Of a stretch of DNA of 64,000 bases, positions 52,275 through 64,000 are shown in pieces; the stretch's first letter is position 1; each line of letters opens with the position of its first letter. The stretch is from Fonticula alba ATCC 38817 (Eukaryota > Protista > Nucleariida): the NCBI GenBank assembly GCA_000388065.2, contig KB932201.1, one strand, 5' to 3'. Under the pieces are notes generated by a model. It saw nothing but the letters and a program-made list of their open reading frames with translations. It had not been told where the DNA came from and did no database searches. Both the position numbers and the translations under genes were made by a program.

Positions 52275-52888
52275 TCCTGCCCCACCACTGAACAACGGCC
52301 GGTAGGGGCCGAGGGTGGAGGGAGTGGGCACCGGTGTTGGGGCATATCCCGCCCGGCTCCCGCCCCCCCCCCCTCCCCCGGTCGCGGTCACAGACCAGAT
52401 TGGTCTGATCAAGGGCCGCCGCGCCAGACCGGCTGGTCCCAGCCGAGCTGGCATCGCTGTTTTCTCTGAAGGGCCTTGTTGCTTTTCTCCCCCCCCTCCC
52501 CTCCCTCCCCCCTCTTCCTCCATCCCCTGAACACCCGCTTCGCCCAGCCCGACACTGTACTGCCCCGCCTCTCGCCTTCGCCCTGCCTGATCCTCGTCCT
52601 TCCCTCCCCTTCTTCGGCCCATCTTTCTCCCCCCCTCCCCTTTCATCTGGCTTTGTTTGTTGTTTTTCATCCGCGCCGACACTTGCCCCGACGCCCCGGC
52701 CTCGGGGGCAATTGTGTCCCTCTCCCTCCCCTTTCCTCCCTCTGTCTGCCCCCCTCTCCCCTCTCCCCAGGCATTGCCATCTTCCCCGTTGGCTCTCGGC
52801 TAACATCGCTCACATGTTCCTCCTCCTCCCCCCCCCTCACTCTGTTGCTCCGCCGCCCAGTGACCACTTCGCTTCCCCATTTGTGAAC

Positions 52889-53314
52889 ATGGTACGCCGG
52901 CCTCTCCCGCCTCGTCGCCACCACCACCGGCCCGGCCTGCTTGCTGACCATCTCCCTGGCATGTCCCTCCCCCCCTGCCCTCCCCGCTCCTCTGCACTCG
53001 CCAGTTCAAGCGTCACGAGTGGGACTCCAAGGCCGGCAAACAGTCCGGCCTGGAGGACATGGTCCTCCTGACCAAGATTGCCGAGGATGCCATCTGCGAC
53101 AACCTGAAGAAGCGCTTCAATGATGACCTCATCTACACCTACATCGGGCCCATCCTGATTGTGGTCAACCCCTTCAAGTACCTGCCGTACTACTCGGAGA
53201 ACGAGATGGAGATGTACCAGAACTGCGTGCGTGGATTATTTTCCTTCTCCCCCTTGTCCTTCTTCTTTTTTTTGGCCTGCTGTGCACTGGCGGGCTCATC
53301 ATGCACACACCGCT

Positions 53315-53353
<39 letters not shown>

Positions 53354-56300
53354 TCCTCCTTCTACCCCCCCCTGCTCTCCTGCCCTCCATGTGCTGTGCT
53401 CGCTCCTCGCCTGACGCCCCATTCTCGGCAACTCTTTCCCCCCTCCACCCGGTTAGACCCCCCACGAGGTGCCTCCTCACATTTGGGCCATCACCGACCA
53501 CATGTACCGTGAGATGCTGATCGAGGGCGAGGACCAGTGTGTCATCATTTCCGGCGAGTCTGGCGCCGGTAAGACCGTGGCCGCGAAGCACATCATCCAG
53601 TACATCGCCGGTGTGGCCCCCAAGGCCCCGGGCCTGGAGAAGATCAAGGACATCATCATCGAGTCCAACCCCCTGCTGGAGTCTTTCGGCAATGCCAAGA
53701 CCCTGCGTAACAACAACTCCTCGCGCTTCGGCAAGTACTTCCAGATCGAGTTCTCTCGCGGTGGTATTCCCGACGGCGGCAAGATCTCCAACTTCCTTCT
53801 GGAGAAGTCCCGCGTCACCTACCAGCAGAAGGGCGAGCGTAACTTCCATATCTTCTACCAGCTGGTGCTGGGTGCTTCCCCGGCTGAGAAGGGTGCGTAC
53901 TGGCTGCCGGCGGCGTTATCCCCCTCCCCCTCCCCCTTCCTCCCCCCTCCCCCTCCATGTCCTGTTTCCACCCGTTGGTGGCCCTCTTGTGCATTGTCCA
54001 CGTTGCCACCACTGACATCTCCATCGGCACCATCGCCCCTGCCTGCTGACTTGCACCTCACCCTTCCTCCTCCTCCTATCTCAAACACGCACACACACAC
54101 GCACACACACACACACACAGAGTCCCTCGGCCTGGTCAACTGCCAGTACTTCCACTACCTGAACATGAGTGGCACCTTCGATGCCGACGGCCAGGACGAT
54201 GAGAAGGACTTCAAGGAGACCCGCAATGCCATGACCGTGTGCGGCATTTCGCCCTCCGACCAGGAGGCCATGCTGCGCCTGGTGGCCGGCATCCTTCACA
54301 TGGGCAACATCCAGTTCATGGAGGACGGGACCAACTCCCGCGTGTCCAAGCCCGAGGCCCTGGAGTTCCCGGCCTACCTGCTGGGCATCGATGCGCATGC
54401 GCTCAACCTGAAGCTCACCTCGCGGCAGATGATCACCCGTGCCCCGGGTGGTCGTACCTCCATCTACGAGGTCCCGCTCAATGTGGACCAGGCCAACTTC
54501 ACCCGTGATGCCCTGGTGAAGTCCATCTACACGCGCATGTTCGATTGGATTGTCTATGCGGTCAATGCCCAGCTCCGGAAGGAGGGCGAGTCCATGTGCC
54601 TCGGTGTGCTGGATATCTATGGGTTCGAGATTTTCGACCGCAACGGCTTCGAGCAGTTCTGCATCAACTACGTCAATGAGAAGCTCCAGCAGATTTTCAT
54701 TGAGCTCACCCTGCGCGCCGAGCAGGACGAGTATGCCCGCGAGGGTATCCAGTGGACCCCGATCGACTTCTTCAACAACAAGATTGTGTGCGAGCTGATC
54801 GAGGAGAAGCGCCCGGTCGGCATCATGGCCGTGCTGGATGATGTGTGCGCCCAGATGCACGCCCAGACCGATGGTGCCGATGTGACCTTCATCAACAAGG
54901 CCTCGTCGCTCATCAACAACAAGCACTTCATCGGCCTGTCCAATGCCTTCACCGTGCGCCACTACGCCGGTAATGTCACCTACGACGCGAATGGCTTCTG
55001 CGAGTCCAACCGTGACACCCTCTTCCAGGATCTGATTGTCCTGATGCAGTCCACCAATGTGCCCTTCCTGCGCAACCTCTTCCCCGAGGATACCACCGTC
55101 GATGACCGGAAGCGCCCGACCACCGCGTCGCTGAAGATCCGCGTGCGTCCCTCGTCGTCATCGTCATCCGCATCATCTCTCCTTTGCCTTGTTCTTCTTT
55201 GTCCCGCCGCCCTTCGCCCCTCTTCGTCCCGCCCCTTGGGCTGGTCTGGTGTGTTTCACAGTGTCCGGCCTTTGCTCACTCTCTTCCCCATACTTTGCGT
55301 CTCCCCCCCCCCCCCCNNNNNNNNNNCCCCCCCCCACACACACATGCACACACGCACACGCACACACGCACACGCACACACAGAACCAAGCCAATGAGCT
55401 TGTGGACACTCTCATGCGCTGTACGCCGCACTACGTCCGCTGCATCAAGCCCAATGAGACCAAGCGCCCGCGCGATTGGGAGAACGACCGTGTCCTGCAT
55501 CAGGTCCGCTACCTGAACCTCAAGGAGAACATCCGCATTCGTCGTGCCGGTTATGCCTTCCGTCAGCCCTTCGACAAGTTCGTCCGGCGCTTTGCCATTC
55601 TCACGCCGGAGACCTTCCCCGAGTGGCGCAGCGGCACCGCGCAGCAGGGCTGCCTGCACATCATGAAGGCCTGCGATGTGGACCCCACCCAGTATCAGAT
55701 GGGTAACTCCAAGATCTTCATCAAGAGCCCGGAGTCGCTTTTCATGCTGGAGGAGCTCCGCAACCGCAAGTACCATGGGTATGCGCTGAAGATCCAGCGC
55801 GCCTACCGCCGCTGGAAGGCGGCCAAGTACTTCGTCGAGCTGAAGCAGCGCTCGCAGGACATCATGTACGGGCAGAAGGAGCGCAAGCGCATTTCCCTGC
55901 GTCGCGAGTTCATCGGCGATTACATCGGCTTCATCGAGAACCCGGCCCTGCGTGTGCTGCTGCCCAAGCGCGAGCGCGTCATCTTCGCCGACAATGTCAC
56001 CAAGTATGAGCGTCGCTTCAAGCCGCAGCAGCGTGTCCTGCTCATGACCGACCGTGTGATCTACCTGATTGCCCTGGAGGTGATGAAGGACGGCCCGCAG
56101 AAGGGCCAGGCCGTGCATGTTGTCCGCCGGACCATGCCCCTGGACAAGATCGAGGCCGTCAGCGTGTCCACCCTGGCCGATGATGTGGTGGTCTTCCACA
56201 TCCCCGGGGAGTATGACAATGTCTTCGAGACTGTCTTCAAGACCGAGCTCATTTCCCTGATGGTGGAGAAGGCCAAGGACCACTTCGGCAAGACCCTGAA

Positions 56301-57042
56301 CGTGCGCTTCTCCGATGCCATCACCTACACCGTCAAGAAGGTCGGCTTCTCCGGTGCCGGTACGCGTGTCATCAAGTTCCAGCATGACAGCACCGTCAAG
56401 ATCCCCACCATGAACAAGAACGGCATCATGCTGGTTCCGCCCGGCATGCCCAAGGACTCCAAGAACATCCAGCCAGCTGGCCGGGCTTCGGCCCCGCGTG
56501 CGGCTGCCTCCGGTGGCGCCCCGCGCTTCGGTGGCCCGCCCCCGGCTTCCGGCGGTTTCGGTGGTCCGCCCCCGGCTTCCGGCGGTTTCGGTGGTCCGCC
56601 TCCGGCTGCGGCCGGTGGCTTCGGCGGTCCGCCTCCGGCTGCGGCCGGCGGCTTCGGCGGTCCGCCCCCGGCTTCCGGTGGCTTCGGCGCTCCGCCCGGG
56701 GCCGGTGGTGGTGGTGCCCCGCGGTTTGGTGGTGCTCCGCCGGCCTCTGGCGGCTTCGGCGCCCCGCCTGGTGCTGGTGGCGGTGCCCCGCGCTTCGGCG
56801 GCGCGCCTCCGGCCTCCGGGTCTGGTGCTTCCGGCAAGCGTCCCGCCCCGCCGCCCGCCTCCAAGCCCAAGCTCCCGCAGTGCCGTGCGCTCTATGACTA
56901 CGCGGCCTGCGAGGCTGACGAGCTGTCGCTCTCGGTTGGGGATGTGGTTTCCATCACCGCCAAGGACGACGGCGGCTGGTGGACCGGCACCTGCAATGGC
57001 CGCAAGGGTCTCTTCCCCTCGAACTACGTTGAGATGATCTAA
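52889..57042 (+). CDS. MYO1E: Long-tailed class I myosin (motor-IQ-TH1-TH2-SH3), MYO1E/F-type; first exon is the ATG alone
   Basis: [16 protein letters not shown]-loop [56 protein letters not shown] motif [12 protein letters not shown]1, Gly/Pro/Ala TH2, terminal SH3 ([21 protein letters not shown]). The symbol denotes the closest human type (MYO1E/F), not strict 1:1 orthology. Confidence 0.96.
53317..53352 (+). repeat. (CAT)12 in myosin-I intron 2
   Basis: Counted directly. Confidence 0.95.
56510..56830 (+). repeat. Coding tandem repeats of about 30-36 bp encoding GGFG(G/A)PP(P)A units in the myosin TH2 domain
   Basis: Translation [64 protein letters not shown]... Confidence 0.9.
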
Positions 57043-57662
57043 AGGCGCCAGGCCGGCCGCCGCGCCCCCCCTCCCCCCCATGGGCCTTTCGCCATTCCAG
57101 CATTTCTCTTTGCTCCCTCTTTTATTCCCTCTCTCTCTCTGTGGGCCGCCTCCTCCAGGGGGGGAGGAACGCTGTGCGTTCTCCTCCCCCGGCAGTCGAG
57201 GCCACCTTCGCCCCCCCCCCTCCCCTCTCCTCTTCATCCCTCTGTGTGGTGTTCGGTGCGCGCGCCGCCTGCCAGTGGCCCGCCCTCTGCCGTGCAAGGT
57301 CGCCCGACAAAGTGTGGGCGGCCCATCTGCCCGCCCTCTTCCTCCCTTCTGCAATAAAACCTCAACATTGACGAGGGCGCGTCTGCCGTTGTTTCGCCCG
57401 TGCTCTTTCCGGGGGAGCGGGGGAGCGGGGGTATTTGTTGAGGTCTTTCCCCGTTCGCCGGGTGGAGTGTCGGGCTCCATGCGTGCGTGCGCGCGCATGC
57501 ACTCTTGCACATGGGAATGTAGGTGCTATATTGTGTCTTGCCGTGCCTCGATGCATGTTTGAACAACACACACATACGCGCGCGGATGTGGGAGGGGGGG
57601 GGGGGCGAAGGAGGGGGCCGCGCTGTCGGGATAATGCAAGCAGGGGGCAACCGTCTCTGTGA

Positions 57663-57893
57663 TCAGTGGGACAGGGCGTTGAGAACTGTGAGTAGCAGTT
57701 CACACCGGTAGAGTCCCTGGGTATTGGTGATGGCCAGGAGGGACCCGGCCACCGGGCGCTCGGTTACCACTTCGTCAGCGACGTCGAAGGTGTCGGCCAC
57801 CGGCGAGCCAAGACCGTCCAGGTGCAGGTGGGAATGGCCCAGGCTGGGGCCACTGGCCCCGGTTGCGCTGCCACCACCACCGCCGCCGCCGCC

Positions 57894-57931
<38 letters not shown>

Positions 57932-60900
57932 TGCCCGGTGGCCCGGCCGGTGTGGATGTGGGAATTAGCCCACGCGCCAAGGCCACCAGCAGGGCCAGGT
58001 CGTCGCGCTCGCGTCCGAGTGCTGGAGGCCCGGCACCGCCGACGGCCAGGGCCTGACGCCCGGCCACCGGCCCGGCCAGTGAGTCGGTCGTGAGCAGCAA
58101 ATCCACCGGGGCTCGAAGCGCGGTATCCGCCCGAAGCCAGGGGTTGGTGGGAATGGTGTCCATGTCGGCCAGCTGGGCCGCGAGCAAACGCATCCGGCAT
58201 GCTTCAATCAGCTCGGGAACTGGCCGATTCGTCGCGAAAGCAAGGAGAAGGATGGGCAGGAGTGAGCAAACTAAGCACGGGAAAGGCAGCAGCTCGGCAA
58301 GTGCGACTGGGTGTGCCCAATGCAGGCAGGACACAGTCTGAGGGAGGCGGGCGGAAGGGGCGAGATGGGTCACAGTCCAGCGTCAGCGGCCAAGTGGCCG
58401 CCGGAGAGGCAGGACACACGCACCAACGAGATGGCGCCGGGAGAGGACCGGCAGCGAGGCCTCGATGGCCGGCATGGCTCCGGGAGCCAGCGCCAGGCGT
58501 CCAATCCAGGCCGTGTACCACTGGTCCGGAGTGAGGAGTGGCCGGACAGTACGGCGACCAGGACCCAGCGGGCCGAAGCCCGCTGGACCGGCCGACAATC
58601 CCAAATACGCTGCGAGATCCAGGAGGTCCGGCCGCCGGGCAACCAAGGCCCAGTCCTGCGCCATCAGCACACAGCGAAGGCGCTGAAGCTGGGCGAGAGC
58701 CACGGCCTCCTGCTCGAGGGCTGTTGTGGGTCCCGGCGACCCGGGCAGGCCGACCCCGGCCGGCCGGGGAAAGTAGCTGTCGCCAAGGAGCTGCGCGTGT
58801 GCGGCCGGCGGGAAGAGCTGCCAGCCGGCTGGCCAGGCAGCCGAGGAAGGCCGCACCGCGGCCAGGATCTGAAGAGCGCGCACGGTCCCGAGGTCCGCCA
58901 GGATCAGGTCGCTGGTGTGCATGCGATCATGGATGGACACGCACATTTACATAAATGTGCGTGCATGTGTGTGTGCGTGTGTGTGTGTGTGTGTGTTTTG
59001 CGGGGGAAATGCATGTCAGCACGGTTCATATGGCGAAAAGTGACTGACCCGAAAAAAGAGAATCCGAGAGAGAGAGAGAGAGAGACGCGGGGGGTCGGGG
59101 GAGAAAAAGAGGAAGAGGGAGGCAAGGCTGGCTCAAAGGCACATACCTGTTGAGGGCCGACTCGTCCGGCAAGCTGAGGACCTCGTGCGCGCTGGATTCC
59201 GTCAATGATCGAATGAAGCCGATGGCCTCATGTTCATAATGCCCCGGTGGTTTCTTGAGCAGGAGGTCTCGCAGATCGCCCACGGTGCAGGCGTGCACCG
59301 GCCGGCGCGCGGGTGCCTGGACGACATGCCCATCGGCTCTGGCCAGGCCCGCCGACGCCGAGTCGCTCCCCGCACCCCGGTGAAGCCGAGCACACTCCGG
59401 CGAGGCGAAAACCCCCTGTGCCGGGTCCAGGAAGACATAGCTCGGCTTGGGAGAGGGCAGTGCGCCGGCCACGGTGGCGGTGGCCGACCCAGCACCGAGC
59501 CGCGGGGGCGGCACCAAGGCCCCTGTGTGGATTTGTTGGACAGTCACAGGCCCAGGGGCGATGCCGGCAAAGCCGGCCACCACCAGCAGCACACGCTCGG
59601 CCAGACGAAGAACCGTGCCGACATCGGTATCTTCAAGGGGCAGGCGAAGCAGGAGGAGCAGAGGTTGGGGGGGGGGGGGGGCAGAGAGAGAGGTATGGCA
59701 AAATGCGGTCAGTAATGGGCGCCGGTGTCGTGGGCGTGGAGTGAGCATCGCTCAAGAGGCGCCTCGAGGACGGAGGCCGCTCATACCTGGCGACAAGCCC
59801 GAGTCCGGGCCGATGGGTCCAGCCCCTGGCAGACCGAACACCTGGCGCACGATCGGCCGAAGGAGGTCCCACGCACCGAGAGCCGAAATCAGCTGCAGCA
59901 CATGGCCCGTGTGCAGGCGATCCGGGCTCCGGCGCAGGGGGAAAGTCGATACGCGCTCTTGCGGGAAAGACTGGTGGAGATTCTCGATCAGCCCAACCAG
60001 ACGTGCGAGGACATCTGAAAAGGGAGGAGGGGAAGGAGGAGGAGGAGGAGGAGGAGGACGAGAAGGGGGCACGCACCCGGGCCCATGGGTTAGTGAGTGG
60101 GGGGAGGCCCCGGAGAGGCGCGGACGCGGCTGAGAGAGCGCACCAAGGTAAGAGGAGTCACTGGCAAGGATGCCCTCGGCTCCCGACACCGAGGGATGGT
60201 CGCGCTTGAGGTCGTCAAAGAGGAAGTACACCAGGAAGCACTCCATGACAAAGTGGTTGCACCGCTGGATCGAGTGCAAGTTGAGGCGAAAAGGGGGGGG
60301 GGGGGAGGAGCGGGGCACGCGCGAGGGTCAGTATATGGTGTGCCCCGAGGCAGGCTCCTGCCCTTCCAAAAGGTCGCACCATCGGCTGGAAGCTCGGCTG
60401 CAGTGCCAAATTCATGGCACAGAGACGCTCGATGGAGCACTCATTCTATGTGCGCGGGGAGGCCGTGCACAGGCACACATGTGCACAGACGTGCGCATGG
60501 GCGTGTGGCCATGCGAGGGGATCACAGCGGCGAGGCGCGGCCAGGCGAGTGTGAGTGGGCTGGGGTGCAGCGAGGCAGATCCATGACTGGGGGTGGCGGG
60601 CTGGAGGGGGGAAGGCGAGGAAACGCACACGCTCCAATTGATGTGGTGACACGCGCATCGGCAGCGGCAAAGATGTGACAGCCACCCCGCCGCGAGCCAT
60701 GCATCGGCGCCCGGGGATGGCGGGGCCCGACTCGGTCGATCGATGACGTGCCGGAGCCGACAGCTGCACGCTCAAGTACCAGCAGCGATTTAGAAGGTGG
60801 ACCAGGTCCAGCCAGGCTGACGCCGAGGCGGCCAATCGACCGGCCAGCTGCCGGGGCAGCACGGTGGACCCAGGCACACCGGCCCGGCCGGCGGTGCCGC

Positions 60901-63900
60901 CCCCGCCGAGCAGGACCTGCATCAGCAGCACCGAGCTGGCCAGGGCACGAGCATGCCCAATGCGGTAGGACTGTGCGCACCAAGAGAAGAGGACACTGAG
61001 CAGGGCCTGCCTGTCGTTGCCGGAGCTCGGTGCCCGGGAGGTGGCAAATCCATGGGACAGGAGCTTCGGCGTGAGGACCATCTCCCCAACAGCGGCGGCC
61101 AGGCCCGGCGGTGTGCTGGTGCTGTTGGCGGCCGGCGAGGTGCCAGAGTTGCTGGTCACCGGGCCCCCGGGGCCCTGGCCGCCAGCCACCAAGCCCGGGG
61201 CCAGGACATCGGACGCATGCACGGACGGGCCGCCATCACGCCCAGCCAGTCGGTGTGTCAGCCATCCGGCAATCCGGTAGCCGGGGAAGGCGTCAGCCAC
61301 GCCAGCCGGCGCGGCCGTCTCCAACGGGCTGGCCACCTCGGCGTAGCACAGCAGCCCGGCCAGGGCCAGCATCCGCCGACAGAAGGCCGGGCCATCGGAC
61401 CCGGCCGAGGCGTCATTCCCCTGGACATTGAGAATGTCCAGGCGCCGGAGGTACAGTCGCAAGAGAAGCTAAGGGGCGAGGAGGGGCGGCAGTGTCAGGC
61501 GCGTGTGTGCGCAATTAATTATGTCCTGCCTTGGGCATGTCGTGAGCATGGCCTTCGACATGCACATCGTGCCGGGGCCCCGCCACAGCAGGGATATGGG
61601 GAAATGGGCGGGCAAGGCCCGGGCACGACATGGCGGCAAATGCACGCACCTGAAGGGATTCTGACTGGATGGGCATCACCTGCAGTGCACGAATCAGCCG
61701 GAAGAAGGACCCCGATCTTGCGCTGCTCACAAAGTCCTCGAAGTATAGGCGGCCTGGGCGATGGACAAGGAAGCGACAGGAGAGGGGGGCGGGGAGTGCA
61801 GGGTGCGAAGCAAAAATCCCCCGATGGGCAAGTGGGCGTGTGTGTGTGTGTGTGAGAGAGAGAGAGCGACAAAGAGGAAGGCGGACAGAGGCGAGGATGC
61901 GCCGTTGGACACAGCCCCCTGGCCAGGTACCAGGACGCACCGGCAAGAAAGAGGACATAGCTGGCGTCCGGCGAAGACCCATCGGCCGGGGCAACGACAC
62001 TCTTGGTCAGCCGGGCAATCAAGGGGGTGCGGGTGGCGCTGTCAGCATCGCGCGTCTCGCTTGTGGCCGTGGAGACGAAGAGCCGCGCGAAAGCCAGCGC
62101 GTCGACCGCCTCCGAGGCACCGGCGGCGATGTCGGTGCTCGTTGTTGCGGTTGTTGTTGCCGACGCCATCGGCCCCCCGGAGGCCGGCGTCACCATCGTC
62201 GGGGGGTGCGCCCCGCTGCCCAGGTCGAAGAACTCCGCCAGCTGCGATCGCGGCAGGGCGGCCAAATCCTCGAAGACGGTGCCCGTAAAGGACACTTCCG
62301 GGAGGCCTGGGTGGGGTTTTTTTTTCGACCGAGCAAGTTACGGACAAAGGTCAGATCGATGTGCACGCAGGGGAGAGCCAGGCAATGCGACATGGGCCCG
62401 GGCAGGTCCCGGGGCATGGGGGACCCCTGCGCCCGGCCATCGGGGCCGGTGCGTACCGGTTGCCATCCAGATGGCCTCCAGACGGGTGTCTTCCACGCTC
62501 ACCGGGCTGGCGAGGATGCTGAAGGCGTGCAGGGCCCGATCAAAGAGAACCAGCTCGTCGAGCGCCGCGAAGTCCACACACGGCCCGGGATGGCGCGGAG
62601 ACAGCTGTGACACGGAGGCCGGCGGATGTCGAGCCGGGTCCGCCAGCAATTGGGTCAGCGCCGGGGTCTTGACCCCAAAGTGGCGCAGGCCGATGAGCGT
62701 GATGATGCGCAGGGCCGCTAGGGAGGAGGGCCGCTGGTCGATGGCCACCCGCCGGAGGACGCGCAGCATCAGCTCCGGGGTCAGGGCCCCGGCAGCGCCG
62801 GGCAGGGCCGGCGCCTCCAGGTGCCGCTGTGCCTCCAGAAAGGCTGCGCCCAACTGCGGCCCGGACCAGCTGGCTTCGTCGAGCGAGGGGGAGGGCCGCC
62901 GGGGAAGGCCGTCAGGCGCCTCGTCCAATAGGCGCCCCGCCGCCGCCAGAGTCCCACCCACAAGGTCGCTCCAGGGGAGGATGGTCTGCGAGGGGGGCAG
63001 GCGCCTGAGTGGGCCCGGGCCCGCAGGGCCACCCGGCCGGCCGGCCGCCGCGCCGCACGCCAGCCCCACCGACCCGCGCAGACACACGTCATAGTCCAGG
63101 ACAATGCGCGACAGGGTGAGCGTGCGCCGGTCCACCAGGAAGACATCCTGTCGGGGGGCGAGCCAGGCGCCTCCGGCCATCGTGGCCGGGAGGGGCTGTG
63201 CCCCGACGGCCAGGCAAAAGTGCCACAGCTCGGCCTCCGGGGGCTCGGCCTCGCTGCAAGCCAGCCCCCGAGGCCCCGGGCGCGCGTCATGGTCCACCAG
63301 GACCGGTGTTTCGCCCGAAGGTTCCGAGGCTTCCGGCTCGTGGGCCAGGCCCTCCTCGGGCTCCTCCCCAGGAGCCGGGGTCCCTGGCCCGGGGGCGTCA
63401 TGGACAGCCGCGCGCGGGGTCAGGACTTTGGTCAGCACACGCTGGCCACTGACGAGACTCCACGCCTCGAGGATGCTCCGTCGGGGGGACAGAAGCACCA
63501 AGGCCAAGAGAGTGCGCGACCGGCCGGCCGCCAGACCGGACGTGGCCGGCTCGCTGGTGCAGAAGGCCAGCTGCACATCGCGATAGCCGATCCATGTGCG
63601 CGCCAGGCGCACTTCGCACCCGAGCGCCGCATCCACCGCGAAGAGCATCACCCGGCCGGAGGCGTCGCTGGTGGCCACAAAGCGCCCGCAGGGAGATGTG
63701 GCCACGGTGCGCGCGCGCCGGTGCAAGTCCGACCAGGTGGCTCCCACGGACAGGGGGGTGCGAGGAGCCGCGCGTAGGGGCTCTTCGGGGGAAGGTGCTG
63801 CCGGCCCGGGGGAGGCTCCCAGCGGTGGTCCCGGCGGGAGCGACAGCTGGGGTGATGCCGGGGGCAGGGCCGATGGCGAGGCCGCCGGCGATGCTCGGGG

Positions 63901-64000
63901 CAGGGACGATGCCCCGAGCAACGACGGCGGGGAGGATTCGCCGGCTGCCGGAGACCCGCCGGTCGGCGGGCTCGGAGCCTCGAGCGGCTGCTCGTCAAAT
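57663..64000 (-). CDS. RAB3GAP2: Rab3 GTPase-activating protein non-catalytic subunit (Rab18 GEF subunit); 5' partial, multi-exon; exact 3' end uncertain
   Basis: TVATSPCGRFVATSDASGRVMLF...RTWIGYRDVQLAF and LVLLSPRRSILEAWSLVSGQRV match the RAB3GAP2 N-domain ([48 protein letters not shown]). Downstream exons follow on the same strand with canonical introns. The frame is still open at 64000. Confidence 0.77.
57871..57930 (-). repeat. (GGC/GGT)20 encoding poly-Gly in the last RAB3GAP2 exon
   Basis: Plus strand (CCG/CCA)n; the translation gives G20. Confidence 0.85.

Noticed and set aside
49730-52888. Many short Gly/Arg/Pro-rich ORFs and (GGCA)n, (CCG)n repeats between XPO6 and myosin-I
   Set aside because: No codon bias, domain motif or consistent exon chain; best read as UTR and promoter sequence.
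55276-57510. Long antisense ORFs opposite real genes (744 aa opposite myosin; others opposite PRMT1, MAK16, SRP40, RTF1, XPO6)
   Set aside because: Expected by-product of high GC3 codon bias, which removes antisense stops. The translations are the typical mirror peptides with no domain motifs.
60317-60322. Apparent second GC-AG donor (GCGCGT) in RAB3GAP2
   Set aside because: A canonical phase-0 GTGCGA donor at 60379-60374, followed by a TACTGAC branch point, explains the junction.

Overview
This is a GC-rich, intron-dense eukaryotic genomic window with about 16 recognisable housekeeping genes and 11 N-gaps. I found no tRNA, rRNA, CRISPR array or recognisable transposon. Genes in order: Vps39/TGFBRAP1-family tether subunit (-, 3' end outside the window), RTF1 (-), UMP-CMP kinase (+), SAM50 (+), CMC2 (+), PRMT1 (+), NME6-like NDP kinase (-), MLH1 (+), HRD1/SYVN1 (-), EIF1AD (-), MAK16 (+), ARL2 (-), SRP40/NOLC1 (+), exportin-6 (+), long-tailed myosin-I (+) and RAB3GAP2 (-, 5' end outside the window). 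Introns use GTGCGT/GTACGT donors and CTRAC branch points, and are filled with sense-strand poly-C, (CT)n and (CA)n. The gene set and splice signals suggest an early-branching opisthokont amoeboid protist; a Fonticula/nucleariid-like organism is my inference and is not verified. All family calls come from motifs recognised by eye, not from a database search. I cannot support a wholly new multi-gene system. The best leads are: an extra exon nested inside the SAM50 POTRA domain plus a second POTRA insertion; an RD/RE/RY mixed-charge block in RTF1; an unannotated spliced transcript at 10.6-12.1 kb beginning with a mitochondrial-presequence-like exon; a GC-AG intron in HRD1; a (CTG)25 tract inside MLH1; and a myosin-I combining a phosphorylatable TEDS serine with an SH3-terminal tail.
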